40,617 nt of DNA from an uncultured Acidimicrobiaceae bacterium. Its GTDB lineage: Bacteria > Actinomycetota > Acidimicrobiia > Acidimicrobiales > RAAP-2. Position 1 is the first letter of the stretch. Every line of letters begins with the position of its first letter. A program made the position numbers and the translations under genes. Positions 30,810-40,009 of the stretch are shown one piece after another. Under the pieces are notes generated by a model. That model was given only the letters and a program-made list of their open reading frames with translations, had not been told where the DNA came from and searched no databases. The stretch covers positions 1 to 40,617 of the forward strand of contig CAZTQJ010000001.1 in the NCBI GenBank assembly GCA_964615615.1, in the 5' to 3' direction.

Positions 30810-32841
30810 CACCTTCAAGCTTCTCCCTGATGTCCACAATGCGATGTTGGACAAAGCCGCTGAGTCTGGGCTACCGCCTGACCTCGCAAAGCGGCTGTCC
30901 TTCAAAGCCTACCTCGCAGAAGAGGTCGGTAGCCTGGGCCTCCCCATCCAGAAGGCTGGCTTCAAGATTCCCTACCATGACTTCCAAGGCCTCCAGACTG
31001 CGTTCTGGAGGTTTCGGTTTCTGGAGCGCACCAACGAAGGGTTCGCCGCACTCACCGACAAGAAAGATGTCCGCTACCTCCAGCCCAAGAAGTCGGTCAA
31101 TGAGATCTACATACCGCCGATTATCAACTGGGGCAAAGTGATAGCTGACGCCACCATCCCGATTGTTATTACCGAGGGCGAGTTAAAAGCCGCCTGTGCC
31201 TGTGCCGTAGGGATACCCACGCTGGGCCTGGGAGGGGTCTGGTGCTTTCGGTCGGCGGCCCAGCACATGGTAATGCTACCCCAGTTCTCGCAGGTCACCT
31301 GGACCCAGCGGATGGTCTACATTTGCTATGATTCCGACGCCTCTAGCAACCACATGGTAATCCAGGCTGAGAATGCCCTGGCCCGGGAGCTCCTGGGCCT
31401 CGGTGCTATACCAATGATTGCACGGCTACCATCCCTATGCCCTCCACGTAAGACTGGTCTGGACGACTTCATTGTGTCCGAGGGCCTGGAGGAGTTCAAG
31501 CGCATCATTGAGCGAGCAGTTCCATGGAAGGCTGGGCAAGAGCTTCATGCCCTCAACGAGGAGGTAATCTATGTCAACAATCCGGGCTTGGTTCTGCGAC
31601 TTGATAATTTGCAGCGTCTGGCTCCTCGTGCCTTCACGGACCATGCGTTTGCGACTCGCAGGTATTTTGAGGAAGTTATCACGACAAATGGCACGAAGAT
31701 GGTTGAGCGTTCCGCCGCCCAAGAATGGCTCAAATGGCCGAGTCGCGCAACGGTAGAGAAGGTGACCTACAAACCTGGTCTCGCACGAATAACGGACCAG
31801 GGCGAGCTAAACATCTGGAGGGGCTGGGGTTGCACTCCTAGTGAGGGCGACATCAAGCCCTGGCAGGCACTCCTTTCCTACATATTCCCGACCGATGCCG
31901 AGCGGCTATGGTTTGAACGATGGCTGGCCTACCCTCTCCAGCACCCTGGGACCAAGATGGCAACGAGTGTCCTGATATGGGGCCGCGTTCATGGGACCGG
32001 GAAGTCAACGCTGGGCTACACGATGTTCAAGATCTACGGCGAGAATGCGGCTGAGATTCAAGACAAAGAACTCAGTGCCAGCTTCAACGAGTGGGCCGAG
32101 AACAAGCAGTTCGTACTGGGCGACGAAATCACTGGCGGTGACAAGCGAGCCAGTGCCGACCGCATGAAGTCCATGATTACCCAGAAGCAGTTGCGGCTGA
32201 ATGTCAAGTATATCCCCAGCTACACGATTCCCGACTGCATAAACTACCTCTTCACAAGCAACCATCCCGATGCCTTCTTCCTTGAGGATGCCGACCGCCG
32301 GTTCTTTATCCACGAGGTCAAGCAGAGGCCAATGCCCGATAGTTTCTACGAAAAGTATAACAAGTGGATGAATGGGTCCGGCCCCCATGCGCTGTTTCAT
32401 CGACTACTCAACTTAGACATGGGGGACTTCAATCACCAAGCCCCTGCCCCTATGACCGAGGCCAAGCAGACAATGATTGACAGCGGACGTAGTGACCTCG
32501 GCACATGGATCGCCATGCTCCGGGACACGCCAGAGGTCGTGCTACGGCTCGGCGAAAAGGTGCTCCCGTATAAACTCTGGACAGCCAGCGAGCTCCACGC
32601 TCTCTACGATACCCGCCAAACTGGGAAGGTCACTGTAAACGGCCTCTCGCGCGAGTTAGCCCGAGCAGGGTTCGAGCGAGTCTACAAGGGCCAGCCCTGC
32701 CAGACCTCTATTGGCGGCCAACGACTTTGGATGATCCGGCCATTTAACGATCTCAACATGACCGGCCTGCAACTCGGCCAACTCTACACCAAAGAGAGGG
32801 GACTGATATGGCCGAAAACCTCTTCTGCGTCCTCGGAGTAA
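30802..32841 (+). CDS. DNA primase-helicase (TOPRIM domain plus D5/P4-like SF3 P-loop NTPase).
   Basis: Motifs IVITEGELKAACA and ICYDSDASSN (TOPRIM), GRVHGTGKST (Walker A) and FVLGDEITGG (Walker B) are present. Confidence 0.85.
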   Translation: MSSTFKLLPDVHNAMLDKAAESGLPPDLAKRLSFKAYLAEEVGSLGLPIQKAGFKIPYHDFQGLQTAFWRFRFLERTNEGFAALTDKKDVRYLQPKKSVNEIYIPPIINWGKVIADATIPIVITEGELKAACACAVGIPTLGLGGVWCFRSAAQHMVMLPQFSQVTWTQRMVYICYDSDASSNHMVIQAENALARELLGLGAIPMIARLPSLCPPRKTGLDDFIVSEGLEEFKRIIERAVPWKAGQELHALNEEVIYVNNPGLVLRLDNLQRLAPRAFTDHAFATRRYFEEVITTNGTKMVERSAAQEWLKWPSRATVEKVTYKPGLARITDQGELNIWRGWGCTPSEGDIKPWQALLSYIFPTDAERLWFERWLAYPLQHPGTKMATSVLIWGRVHGTGKSTLGYTMFKIYGENAAEIQDKELSASFNEWAENKQFVLGDEITGGDKRASADRMKSMITQKQLRLNVKYIPSYTIPDCINYLFTSNHPDAFFLEDADRRFFIHEVKQRPMPDSFYEKYNKWMNGSGPHALFHRLLNLDMGDFNHQAPAPMTEAKQTMIDSGRSDLGTWIAMLRDTPEVVLRLGEKVLPYKLWTASELHALYDTRQTGKVTVNGLSRELARAGFERVYKGQPCQTSIGGQRLWMIRPFNDLNMTGLQLGQLYTKERGLIWPKTSSASSE

Positions 32842-33134
32842 CGCCCTCCGTCACTCAAGACCAGCTTGCCGTCGCTTTCCGCGATGTTAGCCGGGAGTGC
32901 CATCCTGATATTGGCGGCGACCCTACCTCCTACCAAGAAGTAGTTGATGCCTACAACGCACTGAAAGACCCTGCGAACCGTGCCGCCTATGTTCAGTGGC
33001 TTGAGTTAACACAGGATCAATGCCCGAGTTGCAAAGGTCTCGGGATGCGCTGGCAGCAGCGAGGGTTTCGGGGCGGCACGTTCTTCTTATGCACCACTTG
33101 TAAAGGAGCTGGATTCCATGAACGCTGTTCTTGA
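32808..33134 (+). CDS. J-domain protein with a DnaJ-type CxxCxGxG zinc finger (mini-DnaJ).
   Basis: Motifs LFCVLGV...CHPDIGGD (HPD), CPSCKGLG and CTTCKGAG are present. Confidence 0.75.
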   Translation: MAENLFCVLGVTPSVTQDQLAVAFRDVSRECHPDIGGDPTSYQEVVDAYNALKDPANRAAYVQWLELTQDQCPSCKGLGMRWQQRGFRGGTFFLCTTCKGAGFHERCS

Positions 33135-33306
33135 AGCACTACAGAAAGCTGTAGAGGAGGCCGGCTCGCAGAAGGCTCTGGGCGAGCAGCTTGGTGTCTC
33201 GGGGCCATTTATCAGTATGATGCTGAGTGGCGACAAGAAGGTTCCCGATAGTATTCTCAATCAGTTAGGATTCGAACGCATCGTCGTTGAAAAGGAGCAA
33301 GAATGA
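33118..33306 (+). CDS. Small helix-turn-helix protein (Cro/YdaS-like).
   Basis: GSQKALGEQLGVSGPFISMMLSGDKKVP is an HTH-like pattern. Confidence 0.55.
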   Translation: MNAVLEALQKAVEEAGSQKALGEQLGVSGPFISMMLSGDKKVPDSILNQLGFERIVVEKEQE

Positions 33307-34199
33307 AGCCAATGCTCGCAGGCAGAGCGGACCTCAACAACCTGAGGTTCCCCATGATGGCAAGCCCCAAGCTGGACGGCATCCGGGCCGTAATCATCGA
33401 GGGACAGGTGTTCAGCCGCAAACTGCTACTCATCCCCAATGGTCATGTCCAAGACCTGTTCGGCATGGCCGAGCTCAATGGCCTGGATGGGGAGCTAATT
33501 GTCGGCCCTGCCCACGCTCCCGATGCCTACCGCAAGACGATGTCTGGCGTCATGTCCAAGTATGACTTCCCTGAGGTGACCTACCATGTATTCGATGATT
33601 TTAGCCTGCCCAGCCATCTGGGGTACGCTCCCCGGTATAACGCCCTCAAAGACCGGCTTAGGAAAACACGGTTCTGCCACCTTGGGGAGAATATTAGCCT
33701 CGTCGCGCACGTTTACCTTGCGGATAAGGACCAACTCCTTGAGTATGAGGCGGCTTGCCTCGCGAAAGGCTACGAGGGTATCATGCTTCGTAGCCTTGCT
33801 GGTCCTTACAAGCAAGGGAGGTCTACGGCGAATGAAGGCTGGCTTCTCAAGGTCAAGCAGTTCGCAGACAGCGAGGCCGAGGTCATAGGCTTCCAGGAAC
33901 TCCTGCACAACGCGAACGAGGCCACCGTGGGCGAGCTCGGTCAGACCAAGCGAAGCTCGCACAAGGCGAACAAGCAACTGACTGGGAAGTTGGGCGCACT
34001 CAAGGTCCGCGACCTAAAGAGTGGAGAAGTGTTTGACGTCGGCACAGGATTCGACGATGCCCAACGATGGCAGTATTGGCAGGATCGCGAGAACCTCTTG
34101 GGCAAGCTGATCGTCTACAAGTATTTCCCGATGGGGAACCTCGCCGCACCCCGGTTCCCGACCTTCAAAGGATTTAGGGCTCCAGAAGATGTAATTTAG
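33303..34199 (+). CDS. ATP-dependent DNA ligase.
   Basis: The adenylation motif SPKLDGIRAV (KxDG) is present, along with LDGELIV and EGIMLR. Confidence 0.9.
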   Translation: MKPMLAGRADLNNLRFPMMASPKLDGIRAVIIEGQVFSRKLLLIPNGHVQDLFGMAELNGLDGELIVGPAHAPDAYRKTMSGVMSKYDFPEVTYHVFDDFSLPSHLGYAPRYNALKDRLRKTRFCHLGENISLVAHVYLADKDQLLEYEAACLAKGYEGIMLRSLAGPYKQGRSTANEGWLLKVKQFADSEAEVIGFQELLHNANEATVGELGQTKRSSHKANKQLTGKLGALKVRDLKSGEVFDVGTGFDDAQRWQYWQDRENLLGKLIVYKYFPMGNLAAPRFPTFKGFRAPEDVI

Positions 34200-34267
34200 G
34201 CTTTACAAAGAGCCATTCTAGCCTTACACTTAACTATGCCCCCGTGGGGCTTTTCAAGGAGGCCATC

Positions 34268-34666
34268 GTGCCCAAAGAAGTTAAACCGTTTCAAGTTCCA
34301 AGTTCGCTGCCCTTGTGCGCCGACCTGCTCTATTCTACACGAATTGCCCGACTCGCCCTGCAGAAACAGGTGGATGAGTTGGAAACCCGGGAGAAGGCCA
34401 TTCGCGCCCACCTCATCGAAACCTTCCTGAACGGCGACGCCACCGGGACCGCCGGGAAGCTGGCGAACTGCTCCCTGGTGGAGAAGGAGGAGCCCACGCC
34501 TGAGGACTGGGAGGCCACCTGGAAGTATATCTCCAAGAAGAAGGCGTGGGACTTGATTCAGAAGCGGCTGTCGGCCCCTGCTGTCAAGGCTCGCTGGGAG
34601 AACGGCGAAGAAATCCCTGGTATCGGCCACATCCGTGTCCACACCATCTCGGTTACCAAGGTCTAG
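34268..34666 (+). CDS. Hypothetical conserved replication-module protein (132 aa).
   Basis: AAGGAGG lies 5 nt before the GTG at 34268. The ORF is open from 34244. Confidence 0.55.
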   Translation: MPKEVKPFQVPSSLPLCADLLYSTRIARLALQKQVDELETREKAIRAHLIETFLNGDATGTAGKLANCSLVEKEEPTPEDWEATWKYISKKKAWDLIQKRLSAPAVKARWENGEEIPGIGHIRVHTISVTKV

Positions 34667-34719
34667 GCAAGACCGAGCCGGGGCGGTATCCCCGGCACTG
34701 TTCAAGTTGGAGTTACATC

Positions 34720-35478
34720 ATGGTCAAGACCTTCACCAAAGCACCGGCATCCGCTGGGCTCAACAAGTGGGACGAGGATCTGGCGAAGTTTGCCAGCGAA
34801 GCGTCTGCCAAGGAATCCGTGGGCGGAGGCTCGTTCCTCAGCTTCAAGAGCGGCATGCTCTCCTTCGGCGGTAGCGCAATCCCCGGCAACAAGCTGGACG
34901 TCATCGTGCTGGGCGATGTCCACGAGAACGCCTACTACGACCAGCCGTTTGACGCTGACAACCCGGTCAGCCCCGCCTGCTTCGCCTTCGGCAACGACGC
35001 CAGCACCATGGAGCCCCATGAGGGTGCCAAGGATCCCCAGTCGGCGAAGTGCGCGACTTGCAAGTGGAACGCCTTCGGGTCGGCCGACAATGGCAAGGGC
35101 AAGAAGTGCCGGAACATCCGGAAGCTGGCCGTGATTGCGGCGGACCAGCTGAGCGATGTGGTCGGGGCCGAGCTGGCCTTTGCCAAGATCCCGCCCACTA
35201 GCGTGACGAACTTCTCCACGCACACGAAGCGTGTCGCTGACGTCGCGCACCGTCCCCTGTGGGCCGCGATCACCAGCATCTCCTGCGCCCCGCACCTCAA
35301 GAAGCAGGTGGAGGTTTCCTTCGCCTTCGTGGACAGCATCAAGGACGGCGAGCAGTTGGGAGCTCTCAAGGCCCGAGTCGACAGCATCCAGGCCAGCTTG
35401 CAGGTTGCCTACACTTACAGCGAGGCCACTCCCGCCCCCTCGACTGCCTCAGCAAGCAAGGTGAAGGGCCGCCGGTAG
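34720..35478 (+). CDS. Hypothetical protein, possibly a ssDNA-binding or annealing protein with a CxxC-containing motif.
   Basis: The ATG is at 34720. The longer ORF from 34546 overlaps the upstream gene. The motif is CATCKWNAFGSADNGKGKKCRNIRKLA. The functional suggestion rests on position only. Confidence 0.45.
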   Translation: MVKTFTKAPASAGLNKWDEDLAKFASEASAKESVGGGSFLSFKSGMLSFGGSAIPGNKLDVIVLGDVHENAYYDQPFDADNPVSPACFAFGNDASTMEPHEGAKDPQSAKCATCKWNAFGSADNGKGKKCRNIRKLAVIAADQLSDVVGAELAFAKIPPTSVTNFSTHTKRVADVAHRPLWAAITSISCAPHLKKQVEVSFAFVDSIKDGEQLGALKARVDSIQASLQVAYTYSEATPAPSTASASKVKGRR

Positions 35479-35545
35479 CCCAACCATGCGCCACAGGTTT
35501 CAGGCGTGTCCTGGAGCTTGTGGCGTTCCTCTATAAAGGTGCAAT

Positions 35546-35746
35546 ATGCCCAATGACGAAACCCTGCGCTCTTGGCGGACACTTGACCGCCAGATTTTGC
35601 ATCTAAGCGAGAAGGAGCTGTGGGAACTTCTTAAACTAGAGCACAGCACCGCACGACGTCGCTTGTTCATAGCCCGAATCTTCGGGAGAGCCAACAAACT
35701 CCGAGCAACACGGGAGTTAAAAGAGTATTTGAAGGGAAGCCTGTGA
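35546..35746 (+). CDS. Hypothetical protein (66 aa).
   Basis: It is an ORF whose stop overlaps the HNH gene start as GTGA. Confidence 0.5.
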   Translation: MPNDETLRSWRTLDRQILHLSEKELWELLKLEHSTARRRLFIARIFGRANKLRATRELKEYLKGSL

Positions 35747-36150
35747 GCATACCCATAGAAAGGTTTGAATCCAAGATAGCATACTGCCCGATAACTGGGT
35801 GCCATCTATGGACTGGCGGTATTCGTGATGGTTACGGTCAGTTTTGCTTTAATAGTAGAATGATGCAAGCTCACCGCTGGGCCTACGAACAAGCGAATGG
35901 CCCGGTTCCCAAAGAGTTTGATTTAGACCACACCTGTAGAATTCGTAACTGCGTAAACCCTGAGCATCTCCGACCAGTAACTAGGCTTGAAAATCTACAC
36001 GCCCCAGGAAGTCTGCACCACGGCGCAAGAGCTTTCTGTAAGAAATGTGGGGGCTCATACACTATAGAATCTGGAAGAGGCTATTCACAGCGGACTTGTG
36101 TGCCGTGTAAAAGGAGTCGCTATGCGCGTTCCAAGCCCAATAACGATTGA
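35743..36150 (+). CDS. HNH homing endonuclease.
   Basis: Motifs GCHLWTGG..DGYGQF, AHRWAYE and DLDHTCRIRNCVNPEHL are present. Confidence 0.85.
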   Translation: MSIPIERFESKIAYCPITGCHLWTGGIRDGYGQFCFNSRMMQAHRWAYEQANGPVPKEFDLDHTCRIRNCVNPEHLRPVTRLENLHAPGSLHHGARAFCKKCGGSYTIESGRGYSQRTCVPCKRSRYARSKPNND

Positions 36151-37993
36151 TTTCGAAACAGAGAGCATAGAAACCCGACCGAAATACCCGCCCGTCCCAG
36201 TTGGGTTCAGCATCCTGGCGTCCGTAGCAACGAAGGCCCGATACTATGCCTGGGGTCACCCCACTGGGAACAACTGCACTTTTGAGGAAGCCAAGGCTGT
36301 TCTCCTCAAGGCCTGGAACGGAACCAAACCCCTGCTCTTCCACAATGCCAAGTTTGATGTGGATGTGGCCCAGACCCACATGGGATGCGGCGACATCACC
36401 TGGGACCGTGTCCACGACACCATGTTCCTGCTGTTCCTGCGCGACCCCCATGCGGCGACCCTGGCCCTGAAGCCTGCGGCGGCAGAACTCCTTGACATGC
36501 CAGCCGTCGAACGTGATGCTGTCAAGGAGTGGATATTCGCCAATGCCCACCTGCTCCCAGAAGGCACGAAGTTGAGCGAACGCTCCTGGGGCGCGTGGAT
36601 CTCCAAAGCCCCCGGGAAGTTGGTTGGCGACTATGCCATCGGCGATGTGGTCCGCACCCGACTGCTCTTTGACAGGCTTTACGCTGAGGTCGCCGAGCGT
36701 GGCATGGTCCCGGCTTACGACCGGGAACGGGAGTTACTTCCATTTCTTATGGAAAACGAACGCAACGGTATTCGCGTGGATCTCAAGGAATTACGACGAG
36801 ACCTCCGAGATTATGAGGCGGCTTCGGCGAAGTGCGATGCTTACCTTCGTGAGCGTCTGGGCGTGGCAGAACTTAATATTGACAGCGACCCCGAACTTGC
36901 GGCGGCACTCAAGACCTCAGGTGTAGTCAAGAACTTTGCCCAGACCCCCGGTGGCCGGGACAGCGTCAGCAAGCAGAATCTGACCCCTGACATGTTCGAT
37001 GACCAGCAGGTCTCCCAAGCCCTCGGCTACCGGAATCGGCTGGCAACCTGCCTGTCCACTTTCATCCGGCCTTGGCTGATGGTCGCGGAGGCCAACGATG
37101 GCAAGATTTTCACCAACTGGAACCAAGTGCGGACGATGGGTTCAGGCAAGGATAGCAAGGGCGCGAGAACTGGGCGTATGTCCTCCAATCCAAATTTTCA
37201 GAACATCCCCAAGTCATTTTCGGATAAAGACGACGGTTATACGCATCCTGAATTCTTGGGTGTTCCGGAGTTACCGAATATGCGCCGCTACATCCTACCT
37301 GATCCGGGTCAAGTCCTTCTGCATCGTGATTACAATCAGCAGGAACTTAGAATCCTGGCGCACTTCGAGGATGCTTCTCTGTGTGCTGCCTATAATGCAG
37401 ACCCGACCCTTGATGTCCATACCTTCGTCCAAACAGAAATCAAGCGTATTTGTGGGTTGGATCTGGAGCGCCGCGCTGTCAAAATCCTGAACTTCGGCAT
37501 GATCTATGGGATGGGGCTGGCGAAACTTGCCATTGGCATCCACGCCGACCTAGCGATGGCTAAGACCATCAAGAACGCCCAACGCAAGGCCATCCCCGGA
37601 CTAGCGGCCCTGGAGAAGCTGGTGAAGCAAATTGGCTCCACTGGGGACCACATCACCACCTGGGGCGGACGAGCCTACTTTACCGAAGCACCAAAGATGA
37701 TTGGCACCCGCCTAGTCAGCTTCGAATACAAACTGCTGAACTACTTGATTCAAGGAAGTGCGGCGGACGTCACCAAGCAAGCCCTCATCAATTACAGCAA
37801 GGTGCGAAAGCATGGCCGGTTCCTCAGCACCGTCCATGACGAAATCAATATTAGCGTAGCACCCGAGCATGCCGACGAGGAAATGGCCCTGCTCAAGCAG
37901 GCCATGAATTCAGTGCAACTGGATGTTCCCCTGCTGTCCGATGGCAAGATTGGCAAGAACTGGGGCGCACTGAAGTCCTACACGGAGAAGTGA
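36122..37993 (+). CDS. Family A (T7-like) DNA polymerase with a 3-prime-5-prime exonuclease domain.
   Basis: AGGAG lies 5 nt before the ATG at 36122. Motifs DFETES, HNAKFD, DYNQQELRILAH, KILNFGMIYG and VHDEI are present. Confidence 0.95.
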   Translation: MRVPSPITIDFETESIETRPKYPPVPVGFSILASVATKARYYAWGHPTGNNCTFEEAKAVLLKAWNGTKPLLFHNAKFDVDVAQTHMGCGDITWDRVHDTMFLLFLRDPHAATLALKPAAAELLDMPAVERDAVKEWIFANAHLLPEGTKLSERSWGAWISKAPGKLVGDYAIGDVVRTRLLFDRLYAEVAERGMVPAYDRERELLPFLMENERNGIRVDLKELRRDLRDYEAASAKCDAYLRERLGVAELNIDSDPELAAALKTSGVVKNFAQTPGGRDSVSKQNLTPDMFDDQQVSQALGYRNRLATCLSTFIRPWLMVAEANDGKIFTNWNQVRTMGSGKDSKGARTGRMSSNPNFQNIPKSFSDKDDGYTHPEFLGVPELPNMRRYILPDPGQVLLHRDYNQQELRILAHFEDASLCAAYNADPTLDVHTFVQTEIKRICGLDLERRAVKILNFGMIYGMGLAKLAIGIHADLAMAKTIKNAQRKAIPGLAALEKLVKQIGSTGDHITTWGGRAYFTEAPKMIGTRLVSFEYKLLNYLIQGSAADVTKQALINYSKVRKHGRFLSTVHDEINISVAPEHADEEMALLKQAMNSVQLDVPLLSDGKIGKNWGALKSYTEK

Positions 37994-38607
37994 TGCAAGC
38001 CTACGGCGCAACCCGAAAGAAAGCTGATAGCTACCAGAATGAGGACGCATTCACGATTGTTCGTGACCCTGTTCTCGTGGTCGCTATGGCCGACGGATCG
38101 GGCTGCGCCTATGGAGCCGCCCCGCGAGCCCTTTCTGCGCTCACGAAAATGGTCCGCAATACTGAGACCCAGGTGCTGAAGTATTACCCGACATGGGAGG
38201 GCATCGCGAAGGCACTGGACACCTACCTCGCTGGAGGTAGGCAGACGACCCTAGTAGCGGCGACAGTCATTGGGGAGGGCGTCTATGGCGTCCAAGTTGG
38301 TGATTCTCGGTGCTTTCATGTTAAGGACGCCGATCAGTATCTCACCTCGGTAGGTAGCGATACCAAAGAACTCATCGGGAGCGGCGAATGTGCCTGCTCC
38401 CCCATACACACGAAACTTCTACAGAACGAATACCTGATTTTCGCTACCGATGGTGCCTGGAGGGGCTTTGACCGCCTATCACTTAAGAAGGCCAAGCGAG
38501 AGTCCAAGCAATTCAGCGACTTACCCACACTCCTGCTCCGGCAAACCTTGAAATCTGAACACGGTAAAGCAGAAGATGATATGACAATCGTAGTAGTCCG
38601 GAGGTAG
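37993..38607 (+). CDS. PP2C-family (PPM/SpoIIE-like) protein phosphatase.
   Basis: TGATG couples it to the polymerase stop. Motifs YQNEDAF, MADGSG, VGDSRCF, FATDGAW and EDDMTIVVV are present. Confidence 0.75.
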   Translation: MQAYGATRKKADSYQNEDAFTIVRDPVLVVAMADGSGCAYGAAPRALSALTKMVRNTETQVLKYYPTWEGIAKALDTYLAGGRQTTLVAATVIGEGVYGVQVGDSRCFHVKDADQYLTSVGSDTKELIGSGECACSPIHTKLLQNEYLIFATDGAWRGFDRLSLKKAKRESKQFSDLPTLLLRQTLKSEHGKAEDDMTIVVVRR

Positions 38608-38608
38608 C

Positions 38609-39271
38609 ATGGGGCTTATCACTCAATGGTCGTTTTCACGGTGGTCCACTTATTCGGACTGCCCCGCCAAAATCAAGTTTCGCTATATCGACAAGATGGT
38701 TGAGCCAGGGTCGCCTGCCATGGACCGAGGAACGGCCATTCACAAGATGGCTGAGGACTATGTCCTGGCCCCTGGCCGAACGCAGAAGCCCCACGACTGC
38801 CTGAAACTCTACGCCGAGGAATTCAAGCTGGCCCGGAAATCCAAGCCCATCGTAGAAAAAGAGTGGGCCTTCACTGAGTCATGGGAGCCGACCGGCTGGT
38901 TCGCGAAAGACGCATGGCTCCGCATTAAGACCGACTTGATATTCCAGCCCAAGAAAGCCCCCTGCGTCGTGGTGGACCACAAGACTGGCAAGAGGTATGA
39001 CAAGCACAAGGATCAGCTCAGTATCGAGGCACTGACCACCTTCATCATGCTGGAGCATGTGGACGAAATCGACGCCCAGATCTGGTATCTGGACCAGGGC
39101 AAGCCGAACCTCGCCAGCAAGTTTGTCCGTGAGGATGTGCCATTCCTAAAACTGGAATGGGAAGACAAGGTGCGCCCCATGCTCAATGACGAGGAATTCG
39201 CTCCTAAGCCGAACTACGGTTGCCGATGGTGCCACTACCGAAAAGCGAATGGCGGACCCTGTGAGTTTTGA
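38609..39271 (+). CDS. PD-(D/E)XK exonuclease, Cas4/RecB-like, with a four-Cys cluster.
   Basis: The N-terminal YSDCP, VVVDHKTGK and the C-terminal CRWCHYRKANGGPC are present. Confidence 0.8.
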   Translation: MGLITQWSFSRWSTYSDCPAKIKFRYIDKMVEPGSPAMDRGTAIHKMAEDYVLAPGRTQKPHDCLKLYAEEFKLARKSKPIVEKEWAFTESWEPTGWFAKDAWLRIKTDLIFQPKKAPCVVVDHKTGKRYDKHKDQLSIEALTTFIMLEHVDEIDAQIWYLDQGKPNLASKFVREDVPFLKLEWEDKVRPMLNDEEFAPKPNYGCRWCHYRKANGGPCEF

Positions 39272-39412
39272 TGAAGCTGCGAACCAAGCTGCAATTGAAA
39301 TGATGGGTGCTGGGGTTGCTCCCGTATGATGCGTCCCCAGATTCTGCCGAGCAGACACATCAAACCGTAACACGTGTTCAAACCCACCCCCTGAATAATG
39401 TCCAGGAGTCCC

Positions 39413-39655
39413 ATGAGCACCCAAGTTTACCGACTCATCAACGAAGCCGAAGTCGAGCTATGCCGGGGCGTCCGAGCCTCCTACTGGCAACCCGTAATTG
39501 ATGCCGCCCGGCGCGAGAACGAGAGCAACGAAAAGCTTGGGCAAGCATTCGATGACCAGGGCCGAGAACTGGAGATCGCTTGCGAGGTGATGACGCCCGA
39601 GCAGTTGACCGAGTTCAGGCACCGCGCCTATCCCACCCTTCACCCGCGCAAGTAG
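39413..39655 (+). CDS. Hypothetical protein (80 aa).
   Basis: AGGAG lies 4 nt before the ATG at 39413. Confidence 0.55.
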   Translation: MSTQVYRLINEAEVELCRGVRASYWQPVIDAARRENESNEKLGQAFDDQGRELEIACEVMTPEQLTEFRHRAYPTLHPRK

Positions 39656-39680
39656 CGCATCTGTCCAGGAGTCTGACCCC

Positions 39681-39803
39681 ATGAAAAGAAGCCCATACCA
39701 CATCCAATTTATCGCCGCCTGGGACAGTTCTGCCCTTGGTCGCCTTCTTAGTCTGCTGATTTTCCCATTTGCCTGGATTTTCACTGGCAAAGCCCGTCTG
39801 TAA
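39681..39803 (+). CDS. Tiny membrane peptide (40 aa).
   Basis: This ORF is not in the supplied track. An AGGAG SD lies upstream. The hydrophobic segment is LGRLLSLLIFPFAWIF. Confidence 0.45.
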   Translation: MKRSPYHIQFIAAWDSSALGRLLSLLIFPFAWIFTGKARL

Positions 39804-39835
39804 CTGTCCTTAATTGGGAACCACTGGAGGAAGCC

Positions 39836-39931
39836 ATGAGCAACGGGACAGCAGCCCTTATTTTCGTCTTCACCCTTGTCTGTTTTGCCGCATCCATGTG
39901 GCGTATCTTCCCGCGCAAGCGCAAACCGTAA
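39836..39931 (+). CDS. Tiny membrane peptide (31 aa).
   Basis: This ORF is not in the supplied track. GGAGG lies 6 nt upstream. The hydrophobic segment AALIFVFTLVCFAA is followed by a basic tail. Confidence 0.45.
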   Translation: MSNGTAALIFVFTLVCFAASMWRIFPRKRKP

Positions 39932-40009
39932 CTGTCCAGCAAGCCCCTAAACCGCTCAGATGGTGGGGACGCTGGGAGCGTGAACTCTTCAAGATCTTAG
40001 GAGTGGCTG

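Noticed and set aside
33255-33285. tRNA-like GGATTCGAAC string.
   Set aside because: It lies inside the HTH coding sequence, and no acceptor-stem or anticodon-arm pairing can be drawn around it. I recognised no tRNA elsewhere.
33118-33306. Lysogeny module, reading the HTH protein as a repressor.
   Set aside because: There is no integrase, excisionase or attachment-site-like sequence anywhere. The HTH gene sits inside the replication operon, so it alone is no evidence for a temperate lifestyle.
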